Positions 1 through 9,441 of a stretch of 64,000 nt of DNA are shown here, piece by piece (position 1 is the stretch's first letter; every line of letters begins with the position of its first letter). Origin of the DNA: an uncultured virus (IMG/VR IMGVR_UViG_3300044729_003472) (taxonomy: Duplodnaviria; Heunggongvirae; Uroviricota; Caudoviricetes); the IMG/VR virus record IMGVR_UViG_3300044729_003472; one strand, 5' to 3'. A program made the position numbers and the translations under genes. The notes below the pieces were generated by a model. That model did not search any database, had not been told where the DNA came from, and worked only from the letters and a program-made list of their open reading frames with translations.

Positions 1-679
1 CCTGAACTTCATGTGGTTTGGGCGATCCGTGAAACACCAACACAGCAGCGTCAGGACTGATGGTCACGCCGCTCTTGGGTTTGACTGCTTTTTTGCGCCG
101 GAAATCAAATCCGCCGTCTAGGGCCTGCCAGCGAAAACTTTGGAACAGGTGATCAGGGAAAAATCTTTGATGTTCTATTTTCACTGTGGCAGTGATAAAA
201 TCTTGATCACCTGGATAGCGCCGGGATATTTCATCTACAGGATGGCGATCAAATTCTTGCCACACATAGTCAAATTTGGCCGCATTGAACCACATCACAC
301 TGCTGTTATAGGTGGTGCTGTGTCGTCGTTGAAGGTATCTAAAATCTCTAATGGCCCAAAACTTGTTGGGATCAATGTTGCGTATCCAATCTAGATTGCC
401 CACAATCACTGTGTCAAGATCAAAATACAAAAGATTGCCGGTATGGAAATAGGAATTGAACATCTGTACTTTGTACCACCAGGCTCGTCGCGGTCCTCTC
501 ACCCGTGGCCAGTCAATTAGAGCATGTTTGATCATGTGTGGTGGCACTTCACGCTCGGCTTCAGTCCATACATGCCAACGTATTGGTCCAGTGATGTTGC
601 GTTGAACCATGTTGTAGAGTCTGTCCACATAGGTCCAATCATAGGCTGTGCCGTGAATCACACAGCCGCAATCTATCAC
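1..679 (-). CDS. Glycosyltransferase (GT-A fold, GT8-like), truncated by window edge
   Basis: Not in ORF track; hand translation from GTG at 679 gives IDCGCVIHG..YVDRLYNMV, WWYKVQMF, LYFDLDTVI (DxD), NSSVMWF, GDQDFI, VFHGSPKP; start overlaps the stop of the upstream gene. Confidence 0.75.
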   Translation of the reverse strand, partial: MIDCGCVIHGTAYDWTYVDRLYNMVQRNITGPIRWHVWTEAEREVPPHMIKHALIDWPRVRGPRRAWWYKVQMFNSYFHTGNLLYFDLDTVIVGNLDWIRNIDPNKFWAIRDFRYLQRRHSTTYNSSVMWFNAAKFDYVWQEFDRHPVDEISRRYPGDQDFITATVKIEHQRFFPDHLFQSFRWQALDGGFDFRRKKAVKPKSGVTISPDAAVLVFHGSPKPHEVQ

Positions 680-1527
680 TGTGTCTCTAAAGCCGGTGCT
701 ATCCGTGGTAACCATTTTCCTCTTTTGATTTCTTCCAGTGTGTATTCGGTATGACAGATTTCAATCAGCCAGTTCACACGGTCCGGCACTGTCACTGTTT
801 CAATTTGATCAATGTTGATGCTGACTGGATGTGCCAGACTGGTTTCATGCACAATCACTCTAGATCCTGCTATGGCTGCCTGCACGCCAGGACCGCTGTT
901 GTAGTTGACCACGGCGTGATATCCATAGTCAATGTCAAAACTGTCATAGGTATTGATGATGCGGCGCGGCGATTCAATGGTAGTACCGGGTGGTAGGCGT
1001 TGAAAATCCAAGGTAGATCTGGGATGTGGTCTAATTATCACCGGTCTATCTGTGTGCTGTCTCAAATGTGTGACCACGTCTGTGATCCAAGACTCCAGGT
1101 CAACACCTTCAAGTTGCTGACTGCGTAGATGCTGTGCCGCTACCAAGATTTCCGGTCTTGCCTGCGATCTTTCTGCGAGACTCACACCCAGACGTCTTGG
1201 TCTATCTGGATCAAGATTATCATGATGTCCGTAGTAGCCCTGTGCAGTGATATTGTTCACACTGACCTTCCAGGTATATTCTCGATGCAGAGCTCCCACA
1301 TCCAGAATTACCACGGGTCGGCCCAGATTGCGATAGTGTTGATACACTGCTTGATTGGGTCGCATGCGTCCGTTCCACAGCACTGACCAAATCACAGCAG
1401 CATCGCTGTCGCGACTGTTTTCTTGGGTGTCAATACCCGAAGCCTGAAACACATCCAAAACGGCTTCCATTACGGGACCACTGTTTAGAGCACACTGTTT
1501 AGGAAAATAGGCTATGGTTTTGATCAT
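676..1527 (-). CDS. Capsule-polysaccharide-synthesis (KpsS/KpsC-like) GT-B protein, paralog 1
   Basis: RPVIIRPHP, VVNYNSGPGVQAAIAG, PDRVNWL motifs; start moved to ATG 1527 (MIKTIAYF). Confidence 0.55.
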   Translation of the reverse strand: MIKTIAYFPKQCALNSGPVMEAVLDVFQASGIDTQENSRDSDAAVIWSVLWNGRMRPNQAVYQHYRNLGRPVVILDVGALHREYTWKVSVNNITAQGYYGHHDNLDPDRPRRLGVSLAERSQARPEILVAAQHLRSQQLEGVDLESWITDVVTHLRQHTDRPVIIRPHPRSTLDFQRLPPGTTIESPRRIINTYDSFDIDYGYHAVVNYNSGPGVQAAIAGSRVIVHETSLAHPVSINIDQIETVTVPDRVNWLIEICHTEYTLEEIKRGKWLPRIAPALETQ

Positions 1528-1532
1528 AAGTA
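1525..1532 (+). promoter_or_regulatory. Putative T4-type late promoter variant (CATAAGTA), 5 nt before ATG 1538
   Basis: One mismatch to the TAAATA core seen before many genes here; same spacing to ATG; no Shine-Dalgarno. Confidence 0.5.
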
Positions 1533-1537
1533 TCGCT

Positions 1538-2341
1538 ATGAAATATTCAGTAGTTACCACCTTTCATCAAGACGGTTACAATCTGTATGGTCAACGCATG
1601 ATCCAGACCTTTTTGCAAAATTGGCCACAAACAGTTCAATTAGTGGTGTATGCAGAAAATTGCAAAGTGGTTGAATCTGCTGCCAATCTCACAGTGTTGG
1701 ACTTAGATTCAAATTGTCCGGATCTAGTGGCATTCAAGCAGCGTTGGCAAAACGTGCCCTATGCCACGGGAGATGTCAGTAATGATCCTGTGCGAAACAA
1801 AAGAAAAGATGCTGGCAAAGGATTCAAGTGGGATGCTGTGAGGTTTGCTCATAAAGTGTATGCGATTTTTCATTGTGCTCGTACTTCCCCAGCACAGTGG
1901 CTGTTGTGGATGGATGCTGATACTGTGTGCCACAGCGCGGTGTCTGAGCAAAAACTGAACGAACTGTGTCCAGATTCAGCTGAACTGTGTTATCTTGGAC
2001 GACGCAACAAATTTTCAGAATGTGGTCTGTATGCCATGCATTTACCCAGTGCCGCGGTAAAGAATTTTCTTGCGGATTTCCAGAACTTTTATGACAATGC
2101 AGAGTCTGGCATCTTTACCTTGCCTGAATGGCACGACAGTTTTGTGTTTGATGCTGTGCGTAGTCGTCACAGTCTCAAGCAGCTGGACTGGAGCGGCAAT
2201 CTCATAACCGGCGAAGGACATCCTTTGATCAACAGTGCCTGGGGTGCATACCTTGACCATCTCAAGGGCAAACGTAAAAAAACAGGCAGAAGTTTGCCAA
2301 ATGATCTAGTGGTCAAGAGAAACGAGGCCTATTGGAAATGA
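1538..2341 (+). CDS. Glycosyltransferase-like protein (GT-A fold)
   Basis: LLWMDADTVC DxD motif, WDAVRFAHKVYA, EWHDSFVFD, DHLKG; start moved to ATG 1538. Confidence 0.6.
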   Translation: MKYSVVTTFHQDGYNLYGQRMIQTFLQNWPQTVQLVVYAENCKVVESAANLTVLDLDSNCPDLVAFKQRWQNVPYATGDVSNDPVRNKRKDAGKGFKWDAVRFAHKVYAIFHCARTSPAQWLLWMDADTVCHSAVSEQKLNELCPDSAELCYLGRRNKFSECGLYAMHLPSAAVKNFLADFQNFYDNAESGIFTLPEWHDSFVFDAVRSRHSLKQLDWSGNLITGEGHPLINSAWGAYLDHLKGKRKKTGRSLPNDLVVKRNEAYWK

Positions 2342-3027
2342 AAAGTTTTATTATCTGTCTTAGCAAAATTGAATCCAGTATGTCTACAGCAGTGCAATTA
2401 CAACAGCAGTTGAAAGACTACAACATGCCTGTTGAACTGTTTGAAGGCACCTATGGCAACCAAGGGGTTGAGCTGTTGCAGCAGGAACAGCGAACCATCC
2501 ATCCTTTTGGTATCAAAGGGCCCAACCCTGCACCGATCAGCGATGAAGAACAAGACAAACAACGCAGAAAAATACTGGTACCTGGAGTGATTGGATGCTT
2601 CTACAGCCACTTCCGGCTGTGGCAACGATGTGTAGAACTTGATGAATCTATAATGATTTTTGAAGATGACATTGTGCTGTCAAGGCCTTACATTCCAGTT
2701 AAGTTTCAAGATGTGTTGGTGGTGGCCTTGGGTCATCCCACCAAGAGCGAACGCTATATGCCGTATCTCACCGATCCTGAAGACGAGCCCAAGGCCAGTG
2801 GATATGCATCTGCATCCATGCCTGGATGTTGTGGTTACGCCATACATCCACACGCAGCCAAAAAGTTAGTTACAACCTACGCCAAGACCTTTTTGCCCGC
2901 AGACAATGCTATCAATCAACATCATGTCACCATTGAGATCCACAACTACATCATGGGCATTGCTCTAATCAAAAAAGATGGCAAGAAAAGCCTAACCAGA
3001 ACAAAATTTTGGGGCACCTATCAATGA
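2338..3027 (+). CDS. Glycosyltransferase family 25-like
   Basis: SFIICL N-terminus, GCFYSHFRLWQRC, IFEDD, GYAIHP..AKKL, PAD motifs; ATGA overlap at 2338. Confidence 0.75.
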   Translation: MKSFIICLSKIESSMSTAVQLQQQLKDYNMPVELFEGTYGNQGVELLQQEQRTIHPFGIKGPNPAPISDEEQDKQRRKILVPGVIGCFYSHFRLWQRCVELDESIMIFEDDIVLSRPYIPVKFQDVLVVALGHPTKSERYMPYLTDPEDEPKASGYASASMPGCCGYAIHPHAAKKLVTTYAKTFLPADNAINQHHVTIEIHNYIMGIALIKKDGKKSLTRTKFWGTYQ

Positions 3028-3668
3028 ACCAACACAGTTGTTTTGTAGTGTCAAACAAGCCACACATTTTTCCACAGATACAAAACAGCTTAGAGAGTGA
3101 GCCAGTGACCTATTTTGATGGTCAGGGCTTTGACTCATTCAGTAGATTGGTCAACTGTTGTGTGGCTTCGGCATCAACAGAAATTGTGGTAGTAATGTCT
3201 GACAAAGTACGTCCCACCAAACACCATGTGCGCAAAATTGTTGACCTGGTGCAACAAGGTTTTGGTTTGGTTGGGCTGTATCGTTTTGGATTTTTTGGAT
3301 TCAAAAAACAGCTCATGAGGCAGATAGGCATGTTCGATGAAAGATACGTGGGCGGCGGTTACGAAGACGACGACATGTATATTCGTCTCAAAGAAGCCAA
3401 CATTGCCATGTACATCACACAAGAAGTAGAGTATGAAAAATCACGATCTAGCTGGGACTATGCCAGAGCCAGGCCGCACTTTGAGGCCAAGTGGCTGGCA
3501 GTCGACCGACCTGGCTATGATCCCACAGCCAAACCCAGTGCTGAGTTTGTGACACGCCGGCTGCCAGAACAAACCTATCACCATGATCTTGGCCCTGCTG
3601 TGCCCACTGTGTTCTTACCTTGGCATCGCAGTGTGATTGCCACAAACAAAGCCAAAAAATACATTTGA
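3024..3668 (+). CDS. Glycosyltransferase family 2/7-like
   Basis: IGMFDERYVGGGYEDDDMYIRL motif; ATGA overlap at 3024. Confidence 0.6.
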   Translation: MNQHSCFVVSNKPHIFPQIQNSLESEPVTYFDGQGFDSFSRLVNCCVASASTEIVVVMSDKVRPTKHHVRKIVDLVQQGFGLVGLYRFGFFGFKKQLMRQIGMFDERYVGGGYEDDDMYIRLKEANIAMYITQEVEYEKSRSSWDYARARPHFEAKWLAVDRPGYDPTAKPSAEFVTRRLPEQTYHHDLGPAVPTVFLPWHRSVIATNKAKKYI

Positions 3669-3677
3669 GGACCATCA

Positions 3678-4238
3678 ATGAGCAGTGTTATCTTAAATCA
3701 TATTCCCGGAATTGAAAACCACAGCTATCTTGAATTGGGCGTGTTTGACAATCAAAACTTCAACGCCATTCAATGCCGCAACAAGTTTTCAGTTGACATC
3801 AACGGCGAGGCCATGTACACCGGCACAACTGATCAATACTTTGAGCAACTTGAGCCTGACACCAAATTTGATATAATTTTTATTGATGCCAATCATGACT
3901 ATGACTGTGTTGTTCGTGACTTCAACAACAGCATAGATCATGCCACCAAGTGGATTGTGATACATGACATGATACCGCCCAGCAAGAAGTTCACACAAAG
4001 CAAGTTTTGTTCTGACTCGTTTAGATTGCTGAGTTTTCTATTGCAACAAACTGATTTGACAATCTATGCCATGAACAACAATTTTGGGTTGACTTTTGTG
4101 AGAATGCCTGCTGCCAAGATAGCTCCGCCAGATCATTATGCTGCTCTTAGCTATGACGAATTTGCTGACTACATTGCCACAGTAAAATTGTATTCCGATC
4201 AAGAAATAGTAGACATTTTAAAGGCCAATCATGTTTAA
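3678..4238 (+). CDS. Class I SAM-dependent methyltransferase (Methyltransf_24-like)
   Basis: YLELGV, FDIIFIDANHDY, IVIHD motifs; GAGG RBS. Confidence 0.75.
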   Translation: MSSVILNHIPGIENHSYLELGVFDNQNFNAIQCRNKFSVDINGEAMYTGTTDQYFEQLEPDTKFDIIFIDANHDYDCVVRDFNNSIDHATKWIVIHDMIPPSKKFTQSKFCSDSFRLLSFLLQQTDLTIYAMNNNFGLTFVRMPAAKIAPPDHYAALSYDEFADYIATVKLYSDQEIVDILKANHV

Positions 4239-5211
4239 TGGATCAAGAATATTTGTAAGCGGGGCCACTGGATCATGGGGACAGACCTTGATTTCACTGT
4301 TGTTGAGCAATCACGACGTGGGAGAAATTGTGTGTTTTTCGCGTGGCGAATTGCAGCAGGTGTTGATGCGTAGAAAATTCAACAGCCCGAAACTGCGGTT
4401 TGTGATTGGCGATGTGCGTGACTATAATGCAGTATTGGCTGCCACGCAAAACATTGACTATGTGTTTCATCTTGCTGCGCTCAAGCATGTACCGGTGTGC
4501 GAGGAAAACGTTCAAGAAACTATAAAAACCAACATCACCGGTACCACAAACATAGTCAATGCTGCCATTGCTAACCGCGTGAAAAAAGTCATAGATGTAA
4601 GCTCAGACAAAGCAGTTGAACCAATCAATCTCTATGGCATGACCAAAGCCGTGGGAGAAAAAACCATTGTGCAGGCCAATGATCTCAGTGACTATACTAG
4701 ATTTGTGTGCATACGAGGCGGCAATGTCATGGGCAGCAGTGGTTCGGTCATTCCCTACTTTATTGAACAAATCCGTGCAGGTGGTCCCATAACCATCACT
4801 GATCGCAGAATGACAAGATTCTTTCTCACTCTTGAGCAGGCCATTCATTTGTTGTTCAAGGCCAGCATTGACAGCATTGGCGGCGAAACTTTTGTCATGA
4901 ACATGCCCAGTTGCTATATCAAAGATCTAGCCCAGGTGCTGATGCACAGATATGGCACTGTTGAAATTGTAGAAACAGGAATGCGCCCAGGAGAGAAACT
5001 TGATGAAATGTTGATATCACATCACGAAGCGCAGCTCACACGGTGTTACGATGATCACTACTTTGTGACCTTGCCTGCCAACTACAATCAGGCCTTGGCC
5101 ACTAGATATCAGGATCATGCAGCATTTCCTTACAGTGAATTTTCATCAAAAACCAAAATCATGAACCAAGAAGAAATCAAGACCATGTTAGAGAAAGGAC
5201 GATTCATATGA
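4231..5211 (+). CDS. UDP-GlcNAc 4,6-dehydratase (PseB/FlaA1/CapD-type extended SDR)
   Basis: GATGSWG, FSRGELQQ, GDVRD, HLAALKHVPVCE, SSDKAVEPINLYGMTK, GNVMGSSGSV, MTRFF, GMRPGEKL. Confidence 0.9.
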   Translation: MFNGSRIFVSGATGSWGQTLISLLLSNHDVGEIVCFSRGELQQVLMRRKFNSPKLRFVIGDVRDYNAVLAATQNIDYVFHLAALKHVPVCEENVQETIKTNITGTTNIVNAAIANRVKKVIDVSSDKAVEPINLYGMTKAVGEKTIVQANDLSDYTRFVCIRGGNVMGSSGSVIPYFIEQIRAGGPITITDRRMTRFFLTLEQAIHLLFKASIDSIGGETFVMNMPSCYIKDLAQVLMHRYGTVEIVETGMRPGEKLDEMLISHHEAQLTRCYDDHYFVTLPANYNQALATRYQDHAAFPYSEFSSKTKIMNQEEIKTMLEKGRFI

Positions 5212-6029
5212 AAATTCTAGTTGTTGGCAGCAACGGCATGGCCGGCCACATGATCACTGATTACTTGCAACAAAAAAACTACAATGTGTTCACAGTGGCC
5301 AGACACAGTGCTACCTACTGTGTGGACATTGAAGATACCCGAGCCACCACAGAACTATTCGCAGAATTCCGTGACAATTTTGCCTATGTGATAAACTGTG
5401 TGGGCCTGTTGGTCAAAGACAGCAATCACTATCCTGATCGAGCCACGATTGTCAATGCCTGGTTTCCACATCTGCTGGAAGCAACTTTTCGAGGATCCAG
5501 CACCAGGGTGATTCACTTGTCAACTGATTGTGTGTTTGATGGAAGTCAGGGCTATTACAAAGAGCACGATGTGCCGACCGAAACAAACTTTTATGGTCGT
5601 AGCAAATCTTTGGGCGAGCTTGACAACGACAAAGACATCACATTGCGCATGAGTATCATAGGACCTGAAATCAAATCCACTGGCACAGGGTTGTTGCAAT
5701 GGATCCTGAACAATCCAGATTCAGAGTTAACAGGCTGGGACAATGCATTGTGGAATGGCATGACAACCTTGCAATTGGCCAAGTGCATTGAACAGTATAT
5801 TCACAATCCGCGGATAAGCGGAATATATCACTTGGTCAACAATAATGTCAATATCAGCAAATATGAACTGCTGTGTAAGGTAAATGATATTTACGGTTTG
5901 AGCAAAACTGTGCTGCGCGGTAAAGGTCCCAAGAACATAAACAAAATCTTGGTTGACACCCGAATGGGGTTGTCATTTGACATTCCCGAGTACGATCAAC
6001 AACTCAAAGAACTCAGAGATTGGTTTTGA
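5208..6029 (+). CDS. RmlD-like NDP-4-keto-6-deoxyhexose reductase
   Basis: GSNGMAG, VINCVG, IHLSTDCVFDG, YGRSKSLGE, RMSIIGPE. Confidence 0.85.
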   Translation: MKILVVGSNGMAGHMITDYLQQKNYNVFTVARHSATYCVDIEDTRATTELFAEFRDNFAYVINCVGLLVKDSNHYPDRATIVNAWFPHLLEATFRGSSTRVIHLSTDCVFDGSQGYYKEHDVPTETNFYGRSKSLGELDNDKDITLRMSIIGPEIKSTGTGLLQWILNNPDSELTGWDNALWNGMTTLQLAKCIEQYIHNPRISGIYHLVNNNVNISKYELLCKVNDIYGLSKTVLRGKGPKNINKILVDTRMGLSFDIPEYDQQLKELRDWF

Positions 6030-6819
6030 AATTGTAGTCATGATCATGCTCAAAATCTACCACTGATCCAGCATATTGTTCTATCAATTCCAACGCACGC
6101 CCTGATTGCCATTCTTCATTGGTAAACTGTGACCAGGCTAGATGTTCGTGCCATTGATCTCTCAAGACGGGCTCACTGGGGTTTTGCCAATCTTGCAAAG
6201 ACTGTGCTCCAGCTGCCCAGGTTATGCAGGGATGCAGGCTTATGGCTTTTTTACCATACCACAATGCTTCAGCAGTGATTGCTGATCCCTGTGCCACTAC
6301 CAAATCTGCCCAGTACAAGTCTTGGAACAGCGTGGCCCATCTTGCTCCACTTTTTTTAATTTTGTATCGTATGCGCACATCAGCGCCGGGAAATTGTCTA
6401 GCCATGTGTTCTGCCCATTGCCAACCATCCTCAGGGCTCCAGATTGGTGCTGTCATGGCGCTGGGTGCTATCAATACATTTTTTACTTGTCGTACTTTCC
6501 AGGGATGCTTATCCAGTTGCATCACCGACCATCGCGAATGCGGCATAGGTCGCAACTTGATATTGGCCCACCCATTGATGCTGTATCTCCACAACCATCG
6601 TGTTTTGAACAGGTGATTGCCCACATATCCTCTACCAATGTATATTGCAGGTTGTTTTTGATTCAACCATTTTTGAACATGTACGTGTGTCAGCACACTG
6701 CCGGTTATGATAGGTTCCAGGGGATCAATATCTTCCAGTGAATTTTTAACCACAACATTGGACCAATCCTTGAACCAAGGATTTTCATCGTAGTCTGATT
6801 TCAAAACCTGGTATATCAT
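6013..6819 (-). CDS. KpsS/KpsC-like GT-B protein, paralog 2
   Basis: HPWK..KNVLIAP, DLVVAQGSAITAEALWYG, HLAWSQFT.EE..SG; start moved to 6819 (ATGA overlap). Confidence 0.5.
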   Translation of the reverse strand: MIYQVLKSDYDENPWFKDWSNVVVKNSLEDIDPLEPIITGSVLTHVHVQKWLNQKQPAIYIGRGYVGNHLFKTRWLWRYSINGWANIKLRPMPHSRWSVMQLDKHPWKVRQVKNVLIAPSAMTAPIWSPEDGWQWAEHMARQFPGADVRIRYKIKKSGARWATLFQDLYWADLVVAQGSAITAEALWYGKKAISLHPCITWAAGAQSLQDWQNPSEPVLRDQWHEHLAWSQFTNEEWQSGRALELIEQYAGSVVDFEHDHDYNFKTNL

Positions 6820-7730
6820 ACGTAGGTTTTGATATGCGCCCAGCACTGGCCGTTGGACAATTCGTCAAAACTCCAGTGTGACATTGACAAACGTTGAATC
6901 CAGGCATCACGATCTGGCATCACAGGGTTTTCAATATTGGCCAAGTCAACATTGGCCACAGGCAGAGCCTGACTGTGTTGCGGTTCAGGATCGGTCACAA
7001 AAACCGGAATACCTTCAATGGCGGCAGCTACGCCAGGGCTGCTGTTGTAGGTAATCACAGCATGAGCATTGTTTAAATCATCCAATATACTGCTGTGGCG
7101 ACTCACACGCCACGATGAGCCACGCACTGTGAGATACACAGGTGCTTGCTTGTCCCCAGGATGACCTCGTACCACTATGGGTCTTTGAGTATAGCGTCTA
7201 AGAGTTTTAACAGTTTGTGTGAGCCAGTCCATGACACCTAGACCACGCATGCTCCAACCGCCGTTGCGTTGTGTGCATATCAGCACATGATTGCCGTTGC
7301 GTCGCCAAGGCTTAAGCACGATACCGGTTCGTTGACTGATTTGCAGCCAACGTGCAGGATCTGGTGTGTGATCAAAATAACAACCTGTGGTGGGAAACAC
7401 ACCGTCAAAACTGTAACGATGATATGTTACCGGTGTTGCTGGTGCGCTATAGTTGAATAAATTGCTGTCTACAATGAGAGTGCGGCGCCCTAGACGCAGT
7501 TGATTGTGATACACTGCCTCTCTCAGTTGCAGATGCGCACTGCGTTTGCCATGTTCGTGACTCCAGCCCTGTATCATGGCCACATCTGCGTCAACAATAT
7601 CAGTGCCAGTATGTAGAAGACCTTGATCACCTTGAACACACACTCCATCAATGAATCTTTGAAGGATTTCAACCTTGTGAGGATTCTTTTGTTGATTAGG
7701 GATTGCTGACAGATAGGCTACTACTTTCAT
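6816..7730 (-). CDS. KpsS/KpsC-like GT-B protein, paralog 3
   Basis: LKPWRRNGNHVLIC, RPIVVRGHP, AVITYNSSPGVAAAIEGIPV, IENP..PDR; start moved to 7730. Confidence 0.55.
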   Translation of the reverse strand: MKVVAYLSAIPNQQKNPHKVEILQRFIDGVCVQGDQGLLHTGTDIVDADVAMIQGWSHEHGKRSAHLQLREAVYHNQLRLGRRTLIVDSNLFNYSAPATPVTYHRYSFDGVFPTTGCYFDHTPDPARWLQISQRTGIVLKPWRRNGNHVLICTQRNGGWSMRGLGVMDWLTQTVKTLRRYTQRPIVVRGHPGDKQAPVYLTVRGSSWRVSRHSSILDDLNNAHAVITYNSSPGVAAAIEGIPVFVTDPEPQHSQALPVANVDLANIENPVMPDRDAWIQRLSMSHWSFDELSNGQCWAHIKTYV

Positions 7731-8638
7731 TGTAGACTGGCCCAAAAATTTTCGTTCGCTTGCACACATTCATCCAGGGCGTTTTCATACGTCGTAGCAC
7801 GTTGCACAGCGTCTCGCCAGCTTTCGCGTTTTTCCAACACCGCGGGTGCGTGACGGAAAAACTGAAACTTACTGCTCCATACTGATGTCAGCACCACTCG
7901 TTTACCCAGCAAAGTTCCCCAATACACCCCGTGATAACTGTTGGTCAAGATGATATTGGCGCTGCCCAGCAGTTCTATGGTCTGTTCAACATTGCTGCCT
8001 GAGTTGACAAATCTAGGAATACTATCAGGTCCAAAATCCTTGATCAACTGTTTTTTGTGTTCAAACCAAATTACATCATTGCGGATGCTGTAGGTTTTTC
8101 GCAGTGCAGGATGCATACAACTGGCACAGGGTACCCAGTCATATCTGTTGTAGCCTATGTCATCGCGCAGTCCCACCCTGTCAAAATTGGCCAAGGCTTT
8201 GCTGTAACGCAAATCTGCAGCATCGGACACTGGATCTCCATTGTGCCCGGCTCCCCACACATGTTTGAGTGCTGGATTGTTTTCAATGTTGGCCAGGCAA
8301 TTTGAAATCAAGCCATGATACTGCTGATTGAAATTGTTCCACATTTCTTGATAGCGTGAATCACTCAACCTCCATGCATCTTCGTGCATACGCTCCAGCT
8401 GCAACCGATCAGGACTGTTGCACAACATCTGTGCTGCGTCACCAATGAACTGATTGCCAAACAGACCGCCACCGCCAAGGATTATGGGTACACCTGTGGG
8501 ATATGATTCCTTGTACAGGTCGGCCGCATCCACAGTTTGATATTGATCGCTGTCGAGAAAATATTGCAGAGGGTTGCTGGCCACGTCGCCCACGTTGTTG
8601 GAATCTTTGCGATTAACCACTATGTATTGAATAGTCAT
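7727..8638 (-). CDS. Polysaccharide pyruvyl transferase-like protein
   Basis: NVGD, IILGGGGLF, VWGAG, VGLRD, LTNSYHG motifs; start moved to 8638. Confidence 0.6.
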   Translation of the reverse strand: MTIQYIVVNRKDSNNVGDVASNPLQYFLDSDQYQTVDAADLYKESYPTGVPIILGGGGLFGNQFIGDAAQMLCNSPDRLQLERMHEDAWRLSDSRYQEMWNNFNQQYHGLISNCLANIENNPALKHVWGAGHNGDPVSDAADLRYSKALANFDRVGLRDDIGYNRYDWVPCASCMHPALRKTYSIRNDVIWFEHKKQLIKDFGPDSIPRFVNSGSNVEQTIELLGSANIILTNSYHGVYWGTLLGKRVVLTSVWSSKFQFFRHAPAVLEKRESWRDAVQRATTYENALDECVQANENFWASLQ

Positions 8639-9441
8639 ACAGTTTCCTGAAGTATTTGCCACACCGTACCATTTCGCATTTCGTCAACACGAAACTGTCC
8701 GTAGGCCAGGTGACTGGCCCACTGAGTCAGTAAATCTGCGTCAGGGTAGAAAGGTGTTTCAATCCGGGCGAGATCCTGCAAAGCCACTGGTGCGGCAGCA
8801 TTGGCCGGAGCCAACACAAACGCCGGTATCCCATTGAAAATAGCTTCAGTGGCGGCTACACTGTTAAAAGTTACCAAGGCAAACACATCTTGTTCTACCA
8901 AGGCCTGCTGCAGAGTATTGACATGAGTACGCTGTTTGCGCTGAGAAGCACGTTCACGTACCACTATGGGTCTGTCAGTGTACATAGCTATCTGTTGTTT
9001 GGTGTCTGCTATCCACTGGTCACGATCTATGCCGTAAAATTTACAAGGTTTTTCATCCGGAGCAGCAATCATTATGCTGCGGCCCTGGCGACGCCATGGT
9101 GCAAATTTTTTGTAAGAGAAATAAGTATGCCAACGATGTTCGGATCTTGCAATCAAGTCATGATGTTGTAGATTGTTTTTGACTATTCTATGCCATAGCT
9201 TCCAACCATGAGGGTTGTGAGCTGTGATTTCGTTGCCAAAATATCCTGTGTCAACATAATAGAACGTTCTTCCGTCGTTCCAACAACGTTGCATGATCTT
9301 GTGCTTGAGTATGCCACGCAACACTATGGGTTCTAAACTGTCTTCATAGACAAAATCCTGTGTGGCAGTGGGCTTGCGGCCCATGCTGGCTGCTAGTGTG
9401 TTGATATAAGTGTCCTGACCATCTTTGCTGAGAAATATCAT
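8635..9441 (-). CDS. KpsS/KpsC-like GT-B protein, paralog 4
   Basis: YYVDTGYFG, FAPWRRQGRSIMIAAP, DRPIVVR, ALVTFNSVAATEAIFNGIPAF, HLAYGQF; start moved to 9441. Confidence 0.55.
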   Translation of the reverse strand: MIFLSKDGQDTYINTLAASMGRKPTATQDFVYEDSLEPIVLRGILKHKIMQRCWNDGRTFYYVDTGYFGNEITAHNPHGWKLWHRIVKNNLQHHDLIARSEHRWHTYFSYKKFAPWRRQGRSIMIAAPDEKPCKFYGIDRDQWIADTKQQIAMYTDRPIVVRERASQRKQRTHVNTLQQALVEQDVFALVTFNSVAATEAIFNGIPAFVLAPANAAAPVALQDLARIETPFYPDADLLTQWASHLAYGQFRVDEMRNGTVWQILQETV

